The notes: generated by a model not told the origin, from the letters alone. A stretch of DNA of 63,408 nt, filler included, from 5 parts of 5 records of this genome joined end to end with filler, not necessarily neighbours in it, one strand, 5' to 3'. Positions 28,196 through 38,901 are shown, counted from the whole stretch's first letter. Translations and numbers: made by a program.

Positions 28196-30025
28196 TTAGT
28201 CGATTAAACGAACTGCACCTTTGTCGGCCGATGAAACCAGGCTTGCATAAGCTTTTAGTGCTTTTGAAATATTCCTGTTTCTGCCTTGTGGCTGGAATGC
28301 ATTTTTCCCTTTTGCTTCTTCCATTTTTCTGCGTTGTGCCAATTCTTCTTTCGAGATAACAAGGTTAATTGAACGTTTAGTAATATCGATTTCAATTTTA
28401 TCGTTATTCTGAATTAGTCCGATTGCGCCGCCCGCTGCTGCTTCCGGCGAAACATGCCCGATTGAAAGTCCGGATGTACCACCAGAAAATCTTCCGTCGG
28501 TAATTAATGCACAATATTTATCGAGTTGCATCGATTTCAGATAAGAGGTAGGATATAGCATTTCCTGCATTCCGGGACCTCCTTTTGGTCCTTCATAACG
28601 AATAACAATAACATCGTTTTTCTGGACGGTGTCACCTAGAATGCCATTTACAGCATCATCCTGTGAATCGAAAACTTTAGCTGTTCCATTAAATTTGAAT
28701 ATAGTAGGATCAACACCAGCGGTTTTTACAATACAACCGTTTTCGGCAATGTTTCCGTAAAGTATTGCCAGACCGCCATCTGTGCTGTATGCATGTTCAA
28801 GGTCACGGATGCAACCTTTTTCACGGTCATTGTCTAATTCTTTATAATAGCTGTCTTGTGAGCCCATTACAAGATTTCTGCCGCCACCAGGAGCCGATTT
28901 GAATTTTTTTATGGCTTCATCGGTTACCGAAGGATTCATAATATCAAATTCAGAAAGTGCTTCTTTTAACGTCTTCCCATCAATACGGTTTACCGAAGTT
29001 TCCATTAATCCGGCACGGTCGAGTTCGGCCAGAATTGAAAGTATTCCACCTGCCCGGTTCACATCCTGCACGTGATAATGTGAGCTTGGAGCCACTTTAC
29101 ACAGGTTGGGCGTAATTCTCGAAAGTTTGTCAATATCTTCCATAGTGAAATCAACACCAGCTTCGTGCGCAATTGCCAGTAAATGAAGTACTGTATTTGT
29201 TGAACCACCCATTGCAATATCCAGTTTCATAGCATTTAAAAATGCATCGCGGGAAGCAATACTTCTTGGAAGAACTTTTTCATTTCCTTCGAAATAGTAC
29301 GCTTTTGTTGCAGTAACTATTTTTTCAACCGCTTCTTCAAAAAGTTTTGTCCGGTTGGCGTGAGTAGCTACAATGGTTCCGTTTCCGGGTAATGCTATTC
29401 CAATTGCTTCTGCTAAACAATTCATCGAATTTGCTGTAAACATACCAGAACATGAGCCACATGTGGGACAAGCATTTTGTTCGATAACAGAAAGTTGCTC
29501 GTCGGAAACAGAAGTGTCGGCGGCCATTACCATGGCATCTACTAAATCGTAATATTTATTGTCTATTTCGCCGGCTTCCATAGGGCCACCTGAAACAAAA
29601 ACAGCCGGAATATTTAATCGGATGGCAGCCATCATCATTCCGGGAGTAATTTTGTCGCAGTTCGAAATACAAACCATCGCATCAACTTTATGCCCGTTAC
29701 ACATATATTCTACGCTATCGGCAATTACATCGCGCGACGGGAGTGAATATAACATTCCGTCGTGTCCCATGGCAATTCCATCGTCGATAGCAATGGTATT
29801 AAACTCGGCAGCAAAAAAGCCGTGTTCTTCAATTAATCCTTTAATATATTGTCCGATTTTATGTAAATGTGCATGTCCGGGAACAAATTGAGTGAATGAA
29901 TTAACAACGGCAATAACCGGTTTTCCAAAATGTTCTTCTTTCATTCCGTTTGCTCTCCAAAGGCTTCTGGCCCCAGCCATTCTTCGTCCTTGTGTTGTTG
30001 TGTTACTTCGTAATGGTATCTGCAT
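28196..30025 (-). CDS. ilvD: Dihydroxy-acid dehydratase
   Basis: [62 protein letters not shown] 30025 preferred over TTG 30034. Confidence 0.96.
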   Translation of the reverse strand: MQIPLRSNTTTQGRRMAGARSLWRANGMKEEHFGKPVIAVVNSFTQFVPGHAHLHKIGQYIKGLIEEHGFFAAEFNTIAIDDGIAMGHDGMLYSLPSRDVIADSVEYMCNGHKVDAMVCISNCDKITPGMMMAAIRLNIPAVFVSGGPMEAGEIDNKYYDLVDAMVMAADTSVSDEQLSVIEQNACPTCGSCSGMFTANSMNCLAEAIGIALPGNGTIVATHANRTKLFEEAVEKIVTATKAYYFEGNEKVLPRSIASRDAFLNAMKLDIAMGGSTNTVLHLLAIAHEAGVDFTMEDIDKLSRITPNLCKVAPSSHYHVQDVNRAGGILSILAELDRAGLMETSVNRIDGKTLKEALSEFDIMNPSVTDEAIKKFKSAPGGGRNLVMGSQDSYYKELDNDREKGCIRDLEHAYSTDGGLAILYGNIAENGCIVKTAGVDPTIFKFNGTAKVFDSQDDAVNGILGDTVQKNDVIVIRYEGPKGGPGMQEMLYPTSYLKSMQLDKYCALITDGRFSGGTSGLSIGHVSPEAAAGGAIGLIQNNDKIEIDITKRSINLVISKEELAQRRKMEEAKGKNAFQPQGRNRNISKALKAYASLVSSADKGAVRLID

Positions 30026-30054
30026 TTTTTTCAACTTTTGTTATCTGTATTTCA

Positions 30055-30090
30055 TTAAAAAAGCCTTTCTCTGTTTCGAGAAAGGCTTAA
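30055..30090 (-). terminator. Attenuator terminator of ilvD leader
   Basis: Minus strand AAGCCTTTCTC-GAAACA-GAGAAAGGCTT followed by T-run. Confidence 0.85.
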
Positions 30091-30117
30091 TTTATATCTT
30101 TAATTCTATATAATATG

Positions 30118-30186
30118 CTAGCCTTTCTCAGTGAATCCAAGAATGACAACTAAAACGACTAGAATATATGTAGAGAATAATTTCAT
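30118..30186 (-). CDS. ilv leader peptide MKLFSTYILVVLVVILGFTEKG
   Basis: 22 codons with nine consecutive Ile/Leu/Val; its 3' end GAGAAAGGCT can pair with the terminator 5' arm. Confidence 0.85.
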   Translation of the reverse strand: MKLFSTYILVVLVVILGFTEKG

Positions 30187-30204
30187 TTTTTGTACTTGAT
30201 GAGG

Positions 30205-30212
30205 CAAATGTA
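30205..30212 (-). promoter_or_regulatory. Bacteroidota -7 promoter element (TAnnTTTG)
   Basis: TACATTTG 18 nt upstream of the leader ATG, with TTTG further upstream. Confidence 0.7.
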
Positions 30213-30421
30213 AAAAAACTATTCAAAAACAAAAACGATTTGAAACTAAAATGTTTGATTTTCTGCTAAAATTAAAGTTAAACCAATGGTTTTGTTGGAA
30301 TTAATTAAAATCCAATGACATTATAATTCTATTATTTCTTAATTAAACAGGTTAAAAAATAGTTTGTTTAAATCTTAAATAAAAGAATTGATATGAATTT
30401 AAATTCCTTTATTTAATGGGT

Positions 30422-30976
30422 TTATAACCCGATTGTTACATCAATTTCTTTCATAGCATTTAACGATAATTCGGCAAACTCATTTAACGGAATTCCAATT
30501 TTTTCACATTCAAGAATATTTTCCCTTTTTACCGAGGCGGCAAAAGCTTTTTGTTTCATTCTTTTGGTAATTGATTTTGTTTTTACACCGGCAATTTTTT
30601 TATCGGGGTAAACCAATGTAGTAGCTATTATTAGGCCAGTAATAGTTTCTCCGGCAGCCAGTGCATGCTGAAATTCGGTGGTTCTTTCTTTGCCGGTAGC
30701 AACTTCATTATGCATTACAATGGCATCCAGCATTTCATCGGTAATTTTTCCTTTTAATAATTTTTCGGCAAATGGGCCATGAGTTTTTGGATCGGCATTG
30801 GTTATTTCTACGTCAATATCGTGAAGTAATCCGGCAATTCCCCATTCTTCAGTATTTCTGTTTAATCGGTTTGCAATTGCTTTTAAAACTGCTTCAGAGG
30901 CAAAACAATGTTTACGCATATTTTCTGCCTTAATATTTTCTTCGAGCAATTGAACAGCTTCTTCTCTTGAAATCAT
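30422..30976 (-). CDS. HDIG/HD-domain metal-dependent phosphohydrolase
   Basis: KHC...GLLHDID...HG...HN; FAASVKRENI. Confidence 0.85.
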   Translation of the reverse strand: MISREEAVQLLEENIKAENMRKHCFASEAVLKAIANRLNRNTEEWGIAGLLHDIDVEITNADPKTHGPFAEKLLKGKITDEMLDAIVMHNEVATGKERTTEFQHALAAGETITGLIIATTLVYPDKKIAGVKTKSITKRMKQKAFAASVKRENILECEKIGIPLNEFAELSLNAMKEIDVTIGL

Positions 30977-31059
30977 AGTTTATTAATTTCTGGTTAGCAC
31001 TATGTTTTTTTTATTTTTTGGTGCAAATAGTTTATCCTTAATAAAGCTAATTTTCTGTA

Positions 31060-32991
31060 TTATTTTTTATCTCTTAATTCAGGGTTTAACCGATATGCTT
31101 TTTCGAGATCTTTTAATCCCTGTTCCTCCATATTATTCTTTAAACGTGCATTTCCTACATGGAAGAGAACAGTGGCATCATCGCCATAATTTTCCAAATA
31201 GATTTCTCCGGTTTCAATGGTTTTTGGAAAATTACCAGATAAATAATAAACCACGCAACTTCCGAACAAAATTTTCTGATTTGTTGGCTCGAGATTTAAT
31301 CCTTTTTGCAAATAAAAAAGTGCCTGATTTAAATTCCGGTGTTTTTCGGCAAAAATGGTGTAACCGGCATTAAAATAAAATTCGGTCATTAAAGTTCTGT
31401 CTGTTCTTCGTGCCAGCCAATCTGAAAATTCGTCGACGTAAGCCACATGCCTGACATTTAAAATTTCCTCAAATACGTTCAGAAGTGCTGCCGCATTTTT
31501 ATCTATTTTATAGTCTTCAGCAGCCAGCCCGGCTTTCATTCTTAGAGCATCGGCGTATTCAGGATAAATATTCAGCGACTTTTCAATATGTTTTCGTGCT
31601 TCGGTAATTTGCTGAATTTTAGTTTCTCTGTTTTCTTCAGCCAAAATTTGATTATATAGACTAACACCATAAAAACAATTGGCGCGTGCACTGTTTTCCG
31701 AAACCTTAACTGCTGCATAATTTAATGTTTTTTCATTCTCCCAGTCGGGAATTCGTGCTGAAGATTTATAAATAAAACCGGTGAAAAGTAAAAAAACAGC
31801 AACCGATAGAATCGTTAAATATTTTTTGTTTTGATTTAATTTTTCGAATCCAAACAATACAAAGAGTGCAAATGCAAACGAGGGTATAAAAAGAAACCGT
31901 TCGTTCATAAATGCACCTACATTTACCAACACATTCGAAACAATTGAGATGGTAATAAAAAAGAAGAAAAGAAGATATGAAAGTTTATTCCTGTTTTTAA
32001 TTCCTCTAATCGCAATTCCAATTAGAAATATTAAAACGAGCAATGCTAAAATTGAAAGCGGATGATAGAAATCAATTAATTTTATGTGGTACGGATAATA
32101 ATCGTGGGTTAAAGGATGGGGAAAAAATAACAGTTTTAAATATAACAAAAGTGTAAAAATTATTGTGCCGAATTTTTGTGTGGCTGAAGCGTCGATATAA
32201 GGATTATTCATTATTCCGGTCACTTTTACATCGTTATTCAGAATAAAACCCATGGCGTTGTACCTGATAATAAAATACACTGCAGTTGGAATCAGAAAAA
32301 GAAGAAAAAGTTGAAATACCTTTTTTAAAGAAGCATTTCTAAAAAAATAAAAAGAAACGGGAATTGCCAAAAGTAAGGGCAGTGCACTTTCTTTCGCCAG
32401 CAAGCTTAAAATAAAAGCTACCAAACCACCGGACAAATACATAATATTCGATTTGTCGAAGTAATAAATAGTGAATAGAAAAGCCAGTGTTCCAAACAAA
32501 AAAGCCAGAATTTCGTCGAGCCCTTTTATGTTTGCTACGGCTTCGGTGTGTATTGGATGTGCTGCAAAAAGTAAAACGGCAGCAACTACATAAAGTTTTA
32601 AATGAGGTAATTTGTCTTTTACCGGTTTATAAAGTTGAATAAGAGTAACGTACAAAACAAATGCACTTAATATGTAAAACAAAATATTAAGCCAGTGAAA
32701 GTATTTTGCATTCAATCCGAATAAATCATAACCAACAGCAAAAACAGCTAAACTCAACGGGCGGTATCTTCCGCCAGCTAGTAGATTGGGCTGTTTTCCA
32801 AGGTAGCCTGTCATCGAATCGTTTCCAAATATTTCACCAATTCCTGATGTTCCTTTTTGTACAAAATCGTTTTCAACAATAACCATGGTATCGTCGAGTA
32901 CAAAATCGAAATCGGATGTTGGAAAGTATAACCCCGAAATGGCTAAAATGATAATAAAAAAGTGTAGAATTGTTTTGTTCAAAAATTTCAT
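31060..32991 (-). CDS. TMTC-like GT-C membrane glycosyltransferase with C-terminal TPRs
   Basis: FVLDD, YRPL, HPIHTEAVANI, AKES, PHPLTHDY, ERFLFIPS, then TPR-like helices. Confidence 0.75.
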   Translation of the reverse strand: MKFLNKTILHFFIIILAISGLYFPTSDFDFVLDDTMVIVENDFVQKGTSGIGEIFGNDSMTGYLGKQPNLLAGGRYRPLSLAVFAVGYDLFGLNAKYFHWLNILFYILSAFVLYVTLIQLYKPVKDKLPHLKLYVVAAVLLFAAHPIHTEAVANIKGLDEILAFLFGTLAFLFTIYYFDKSNIMYLSGGLVAFILSLLAKESALPLLLAIPVSFYFFRNASLKKVFQLFLLFLIPTAVYFIIRYNAMGFILNNDVKVTGIMNNPYIDASATQKFGTIIFTLLLYLKLLFFPHPLTHDYYPYHIKLIDFYHPLSILALLVLIFLIGIAIRGIKNRNKLSYLLFFFFITISIVSNVLVNVGAFMNERFLFIPSFAFALFVLFGFEKLNQNKKYLTILSVAVFLLFTGFIYKSSARIPDWENEKTLNYAAVKVSENSARANCFYGVSLYNQILAEENRETKIQQITEARKHIEKSLNIYPEYADALRMKAGLAAEDYKIDKNAAALLNVFEEILNVRHVAYVDEFSDWLARRTDRTLMTEFYFNAGYTIFAEKHRNLNQALFYLQKGLNLEPTNQKILFGSCVVYYLSGNFPKTIETGEIYLENYGDDATVLFHVGNARLKNNMEEQGLKDLEKAYRLNPELRDKK

Positions 32992-33007
32992 TTCTGTAAA
33001 ACCATGC

Positions 33008-33015
33008 TAATTTTG
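33008..33015 (+). promoter_or_regulatory. Bacteroidota -7 element for CYTH gene
   Basis: TAATTTTG 18 nt before ATG. Confidence 0.55.
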
Positions 33016-33033
33016 CCACTAAAATAAGGAATA

Positions 33034-33492
33034 ATGATTGAGATTGAACGAAAATTTTTAGTTGATATAAAAAAATGGCAACCAACCGGAAATGGCGTTA
33101 AAATAAAACAGGGTTATTTATCTGTCGATCCGGAACGGACTGTTCGGGTGAGATTGGCCGGGAATAACGCATTTTTAACCATTAAAGGAAAAACAGAAGG
33201 AATTTCGCGCACCGAGCTTGAATATGAGATTCCGGTAAATGAGGCTGAAATATTGATTTCTTTGTGTTTGGATTTTCCTGTTGAGAAAACCCGGTATCTC
33301 AAAATTATCGATGGATTAACATGGGAAATTGATGTTTTTGAAGGTCGGAATAAAGGATTGGTTATGGCAGAACTGGAACTTAAAAGCGAAGACCAACAGT
33401 TTTCTGTTCCCGATTGGATACTCGAAGAAGTTTCAGAAGATCATCGCTATTTTAATGCTGCCCTTTCAAAAAAGCCCTTTTTACAGTGGTAG
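33034..33492 (+). CDS. CYTH domain protein (triphosphate tunnel metalloenzyme)
   Basis: EIERKFLV, QGYL, VRVR, LTIKG, EYEI, KTRY, WEIDVF, AELEL. Confidence 0.92.
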   Translation: MIEIERKFLVDIKKWQPTGNGVKIKQGYLSVDPERTVRVRLAGNNAFLTIKGKTEGISRTELEYEIPVNEAEILISLCLDFPVEKTRYLKIIDGLTWEIDVFEGRNKGLVMAELELKSEDQQFSVPDWILEEVSEDHRYFNAALSKKPFLQW

Positions 33493-33543
33493 AAATTTTT
33501 TTAACCATTTCAAATTTTAGTATCGCGCAAATAACATAAATAT

Positions 33544-33551
33544 TAAATTTG
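33544..33551 (+). promoter_or_regulatory. Bacteroidota -7 element
   Basis: TAAATTTG upstream of 33583 ATG. Confidence 0.5.
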
Positions 33552-33582
33552 CGTTCTGAAAAAAAGCTTTTAAACAATTTTT

Positions 33583-34904
33583 ATGCGTTCAGAAAAATCT
33601 AAATCAATTTTAATTCTTTGTATTGTTATTTTTTTGCTGCCTGTTTCAGTATTTGCACAAAATGCCGAAGAGGAAAAAAATGAAGCTTCTTTGGAAAAAG
33701 CAATCTCAGTTCTTCGGAAATATATATTGGAAAATGATAACTGGCATTTATCTGATACTGAATTGCGTAAACAAGTGCAGGGATTAATTCATTTTATTGA
33801 AGATGAACCCATCGATTCTACGTTAAACAAACTGGAGAATTATACGCTGGATACCTCGTTGCAACTGGTTTTCAGGCTGCCTGAAAATGTACCCGACAGT
33901 TTATTGGTACCCGGTTTTTATGCAAATGAAAGATTAAAATCTGATATCGAACAACTGGGAATACAACTTCAGGAAAAATTTCAAAACGAGGAATTAGCGA
34001 TTCCCGTGAGTTTATTGACCGATATTGATAAAAAAGTAGATGTTGTTTTGCCGGGAAAAGGAATTCAGTTATTTGCCGACTCGGTTTACACATTTCCGGA
34101 AGAACTTATTATTCCTGAAATTATTCCCGATTCTTTATTGGGAGATCCTGAAGAATTTAAAGCTCTTCTTAAAACCGATAGCCTCAGAACGGTATATATA
34201 GAGCAGAAAAGACTTGAATACAACGATTCGTTAATTGTTGCCTATCGCGATTCGGTAATAAACCGGTTTCGCCAGGAAAAATTTGAAAGTGAATATAATC
34301 TCAGGAAACGAAATTTAATCGATTCGGTTAAAATTAATAATTACAATTTATTGAAGAAATTTAATGAAGCCGAAATGAATGCAGTAAATGATTCCATTTT
34401 TTCGGTGATTCATATTTTGGCTGAATATGCCGATTATATAGATACTTTGGGTATTGAAGTTCAAAACCTTCGAAATGAACCTTTTGATATAAAGTTAAGC
34501 AACCAGAATAATTATTTTAACCATATTTGGTTAAAGAACGAGCAAAACGATTCGTTACGAATTTTGGTAAAAAACCTCGATAAAAAGACGGTTCAGATGT
34601 TAATCGACGATGGAGTAACTTTTAGTCGTTTTAAACCAAAAGAAACCAAAGAATTTGATTTCTCTTCTTTGAATAATTCAGTTTCTGATTTGAATAATGT
34701 AGGGAAACAATACGAAATTGAAACTCCCTGGAAACTGGGTGGCGATGGCACGTTGGGATTTACTCAGACTTATCTGGAAAACTGGAAAAAAGGGGGGCAA
34801 AGTGCATTGTCGTTATTAATGGTTTTAAAAGGTACGGCAAATTATTCGCGTGCCGACGGAAAAGTAAAATGGGAAAATACGGCTGAAATAAGAAACGGAT
34901 GGAT
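33583..34904 (+). CDS. Exported protein entering a DUF3078-like outer-membrane domain (3' truncated)
   Basis: Signal peptide ..VFA/Q; near end WKLGGDGTLGFTQTYLENWKKGG...NY...WEN typical of DUF3078 start. Confidence 0.7.
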
Positions 34905-35004
34905 NNNNNNNNNNNNNNNNNNNNNNNNNNNNNNNNNNNNNNNNNNNNTTAATTAATTAANNNNNNNNNNNNNNNNNNNNNNNNNNNNNNNNNNNNNNNN
35001 NNNN
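34905..35004. other. Artificial contig linker
   Basis: N44-TTAATTAATTAA-N44. Confidence 0.98.
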
Positions 35005-35228
35005 TCTATATATTTTTTAATTCAAAAAAGATTCGATTTTGAACTGTACTAAAAAATATTCTAATATTGATTAAAATGTTCTGTATAGAATCACTTACAA
35101 GACGATTATATAGCCATTTCAACAAAAAGTCAAATTTTTGTTGAAATAAATAAACAAAGTGTTGAAATATATATAATTGATCGTTATTATATATATTATA
35201 TAGTTTAAAAAGAAGTAAAAAGGAAAAA

Positions 35229-35257
35229 TAAAAAAAGCCCTTAAAAGCTAAGGGCTT
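35229..35257 (-). terminator. Rho-independent terminator after nadC
   Basis: AAGCCCTTA-N5-TAAGGGCTT with T-run on minus strand. Confidence 0.75.
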
Positions 35258-35284
35258 AAAAATTTCTATATGAATAAAGAAAAA

Positions 35285-36121
35285 TTAGAATATTTCCAAA
35301 TTTTTCATACTAATATCAAGTGCTTTAACTGAGTGAGTAAGTGCTCCACTTGAGAAATAATCAATATCAAGATCTTTTAATTTTGCTACTTTTTCAGCAT
35401 CAATATTTCCGGATACTTCGATAAATGCTTGTTTATTAATAATAGAGATTGCTTCTTTCATTGTATCATAATCCATATTATCAAGCATAATAATATCAGT
35501 TTTAATTGCAACAGCCTCTCTTACTTCTTCTAGAGATTCACACTCAACTTCAACTTTTTTAACAAATGGATAATTTTCTCTGACTAATTTAACAGCGTCA
35601 GTGATCGTACCACAAGCTTTAATATGATTATCTTTTATCATTGCCATATCACTTAGGTTGTATCTATGATTTGATCCTCCACCCTGTTTTACAGAGTATT
35701 TCTCAAGATATCTTAGATTAGGAGTTGTTTTTCTAGTATCAAGTATTTTGATGCTAGTTCCCTCAAGTAGATTAACTATTTTTCTAGTCATAGTTGCTAT
35801 TCCTGACATTCTTTGCAGAAGATTAAGAGCAACCCTTTCACCTGATAATACTGTTCTTGCATTTCCCTTTATTTGACCAATGATATCGCCTTTTGCTACT
35901 TGATCTCCATCAGAGTACTTATATGATACTTCAACTTCTCCTAAAATATCATAGACCCTTTTGAAAATATCAAGACCACATATAACTCCATTTTCTTTAG
36001 CTATTAAATCAACAGTAGCTTTTTTTTCAAGTGCTACAACACTAAGAGTTGTAACATCTTCAAATGCACCATCTTCAATAAGAGCTTCTTTAATTATTTT
36101 ATCAACTATTAAGAAGTTCAT
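35285..36121 (-). CDS. nadC: Nicotinate-nucleotide pyrophosphorylase (quinolinate phosphoribosyltransferase)
   Basis: ERVALN, DTRKTTP, HRYNLSD, IKDNH, EVE, IMLDNM, SGALTHS. Confidence 0.95.
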   Translation of the reverse strand: MNFLIVDKIIKEALIEDGAFEDVTTLSVVALEKKATVDLIAKENGVICGLDIFKRVYDILGEVEVSYKYSDGDQVAKGDIIGQIKGNARTVLSGERVALNLLQRMSGIATMTRKIVNLLEGTSIKILDTRKTTPNLRYLEKYSVKQGGGSNHRYNLSDMAMIKDNHIKACGTITDAVKLVRENYPFVKKVEVECESLEEVREAVAIKTDIIMLDNMDYDTMKEAISIINKQAFIEVSGNIDAEKVAKLKDLDIDYFSSGALTHSVKALDISMKNLEIF

Positions 36122-37397
36122 TTCTTAAGTCCTCCCTATATTTAGCTATTTCAGTTACTACTAACTCTTTATTCTCTTTCATGATTTTTTCTAAATCATT
36201 TTCAGGATAATTAGTAATATTTAGCTCTTTTTTATCAATAATTTCATTAATTCTTTTTGCTGTTCTTGTAGAAAATACAAGTGCTTCAAGTAGTGAATTA
36301 CTCGCTAGTCTATTTTTCCCGTGAAGTCCTGTACAGCTGACTTCACCACAAGCGAATAAATCTTTAACAGAAGTTTCTGTCTCCAGATTTACTTCTATAC
36401 CACCCATAAAATAATGCTGACTTGGAGATATTGGAACTTTTTCGTTGCTCATATCAATACCATTTTCCAGGCAGTAATTATATATTTTCGGAAATCTTTT
36501 TTCAAGATATTCTTTTCCGAGATGTCTTGCATCTAAATAAACATAATCAAGTTCATGATCACTTTTTTCCTTAATGATCTCTTTGGTAACAATATCTCTA
36601 GGTAATAGTTCATCAACGAATCTTTGATCCTCATCGTTTTTTATGTGAGCTCCCTCACCTCTTAATGATTCAGAAAGTAAAAATTTTCTTTTGTCATCTT
36701 CTGAGTGAAATGCCGTTGGATGAAGTTGAATGTAGTTAATATCTTTTAGTTTAATATCATGCCTAAGGGCCATAGCGATACCGATACCCTTAATGTTTCT
36801 ATAGTTGGTAGAACTTCTAAAGATTCCACCAATTCCACCTGTTGCAAGAACAGTAGTTTTACTATCTATTTCGACTTTTTTCATCTCATGTTCAGCAATT
36901 ACTCCGCTGACCTGATTATTTTCAATTTTCAAATCAACTAAATTCGTTTTTTCAATCATAACGATATTTTTTCTTTTTTCGACTTCTTGGGCCAAAGTTT
37001 TCCATATCTGTTTACCACTTGAATCGTCACAATATAAGATTCTATTTGAGCTGTGAGCAGCTTCTCTAGTATATTTTAGGTTTCCGTTTTCATCTTTGGT
37101 AAACGGAACTCCCCAATTAATTAGCTTTTTAATATTTTCATCAGCTTCTTCAGCAACAAGCTTAACAGCTTCCAAATTATTTTTGTAATGACCTGCTTTA
37201 AGAGTATCTTTAATAAATAGCTCTTTGTCACCTTCATCAAGAATAGTTGTTATTCCACCTTGAGCTAAATAGGTATTACATCTCTTAAGAGATGCATTAC
37301 TTAATACGATAATATCTAGATTTTCATCAAGTGTTAATGCTGTGTTTAATCCTGCAAGTCCTGACCCGACTATTAGGACATCACATTGCAATCTCAT
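36102..37397 (-). CDS. nadB: L-aspartate oxidase
   Basis: IVGSGLAG, LAQGGI, REAAHS, QLHPT, LLSESLRGEG, HYFMGG, GLHGKNRLASNSLLE. Confidence 0.95.
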   Translation of the reverse strand: MRLQCDVLIVGSGLAGLNTALTLDENLDIIVLSNASLKRCNTYLAQGGITTILDEGDKELFIKDTLKAGHYKNNLEAVKLVAEEADENIKKLINWGVPFTKDENGNLKYTREAAHSSNRILYCDDSSGKQIWKTLAQEVEKRKNIVMIEKTNLVDLKIENNQVSGVIAEHEMKKVEIDSKTTVLATGGIGGIFRSSTNYRNIKGIGIAMALRHDIKLKDINYIQLHPTAFHSEDDKRKFLLSESLRGEGAHIKNDEDQRFVDELLPRDIVTKEIIKEKSDHELDYVYLDARHLGKEYLEKRFPKIYNYCLENGIDMSNEKVPISPSQHYFMGGIEVNLETETSVKDLFACGEVSCTGLHGKNRLASNSLLEALVFSTRTAKRINEIIDKKELNITNYPENDLEKIMKENKELVVTEIAKYREDLRNELLNS

Positions 37398-37399
37398 TT

Positions 37400-38335
37400 T
37401 TACTCACCTTTTTCAGCGTAAAAGTGCATGTTTTCAAGAGCTTTTTTTGCTCCCTTGATGATTTCTTCATCAACGTTTACTTCATATTTTTCGAAGTTAT
37501 TTAATGATTCATGTAAAGTTTCTAAGAAGATTTTTTTCATTGGATTACAGATCATATTTAAATAGACAAACTCTTTATCAGGATTTTCTTTATCAATCTC
37601 ATATGCGATTCCCTTTTCAGTAACAACTAAGAATTTTTTCTTATCAGAGTTTTTAATATGCTTTAAGATTCCAGATGTACTCCCTACGAAATCAGCCATA
37701 TCTCTAACTTCTTTTACACACTCAGGATGAGCAACTACTTCAAGTTCACCGTTTTTTTCCAGAGCGTCTGTAATGTGTTGAGGTTTAACTTTATCATGGA
37801 TATTACAACATCCGTCAAATAGTATAATCTCTTTATTAGGTACTTTTTCTTGCACATAAGAACCTAAGTTTTTATCAGGTACAAATATAATTTTTTCTGC
37901 TTCAATATTTTTAACTATTTTTTCTGCACTTGCAGATGTACAACACGCGTCACTTACTGCTTTAACTGCACTTGAAGAGTTGATATAGCAAACCACTTTT
38001 GCATCAGGATGCTGCTCTTTAAGAGCATTAACTTTTGCAGGTGTTGCCATATACTCCATACAACAAGGTGCATCTGTATATGCAGGAAACAGAACTGTTT
38101 TCTCCGGAGAAAGTATCTTTGCACTTTCAGCCATAAATTGCACTCCACAATATATAATAACATCAGCATCAGCATCTCTACCAACTTCACTTAGATAATA
38201 CGAGTCACCAACATAGTCAGCAATCTCCTGTATTTCTGGATTTTGGTAATAATGTGCTAAAATAACAGCATTTTTTTCTTTTTTTAATTGAGCAATCTCA
38301 CTTTTTAATTGTTCAATTTTCTCATTTAAACTCAT
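37400..38335 (-). CDS. nadA: Quinolinate synthase
   Basis: ILAHYYQ, GDSY, CGVQFMAE, YINSS, CTS, PDKNLG, C-IH, HPEC, GSTSG, CNPMK. Confidence 0.95.
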   Translation of the reverse strand: MSLNEKIEQLKSEIAQLKKEKNAVILAHYYQNPEIQEIADYVGDSYYLSEVGRDADADVIIYCGVQFMAESAKILSPEKTVLFPAYTDAPCCMEYMATPAKVNALKEQHPDAKVVCYINSSSAVKAVSDACCTSASAEKIVKNIEAEKIIFVPDKNLGSYVQEKVPNKEIILFDGCCNIHDKVKPQHITDALEKNGELEVVAHPECVKEVRDMADFVGSTSGILKHIKNSDKKKFLVVTEKGIAYEIDKENPDKEFVYLNMICNPMKKIFLETLHESLNNFEKYEVNVDEEIIKGAKKALENMHFYAEKGE

Positions 38336-38346
38336 ACGTCACACCC

Positions 38347-38472
38347 CAATTATTTTTTTAAGTCAGAATGATTCAATCTGACTTTGTTTTAAAAAATATT
38401 ACTATTTTCTACAATTATTTTTTTAAGTCAGATTAAATCATTCTGACTTTGTTTTAAAAAATAATATTACTA
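38347..38472. repeat. Tandem ~60-nt hairpin repeat (period 65 nt) directly upstream of nadA
   Basis: Copies at 38347-38404 and 38412-38472, each CAATTATTTTTTT-AAGTCAGA-N9-TCTGACTT-TGTTTTAAAAAATA; the N9 loops are reverse complements. Confidence 0.9.
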
Positions 38473-38858
38473 AATTAAAAAATAATATTATTTATAATTT
38501 ATTAGTTCAAAATTATTACTAAATTTAAACTTAACTTCAAGACCGAAATACAGTCCAGAATAATGTTTTCAACATATATCTTAGCATTTGTTATGCTTTT
38601 TTACAATAATTATTTAAGTATGCAACTCAATTTCACTAAGTTTAAGATTTTTTTCACTTTTAAAAAAATGGAATTTTTTTACTTAATTTTGACAGAACAA
38701 ATAAAAGTAAAAATTAAAATAGAGCATAATTGTGATTTGCAGTATAGATTTGTTTTAAAAATATTTTAAGGCTTAAAAGAAGTGAGGAAAAACAACAAAT
38801 TATGATAAAAAAATAACTTAATTTTCTAATTGAAATATGTTTTTTTCAGAAATAGAGC

Positions 38859-38891
38859 AAAAAAGCGACTCATTAATATTGAGTCGCTTTT
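38859..38891 (-). terminator. Terminator after topB
   Basis: AAAAGCGACTCA-TTAATAT-TGAGTCGCTTTT. Confidence 0.85.
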
Positions 38892-38901
38892 CAAGAAAAA
38901 T

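Noticed and set aside
38347-38472. Mini CRISPR array
   Set aside because: Only two units, about 7 nt between them, no spacers and no cas genes
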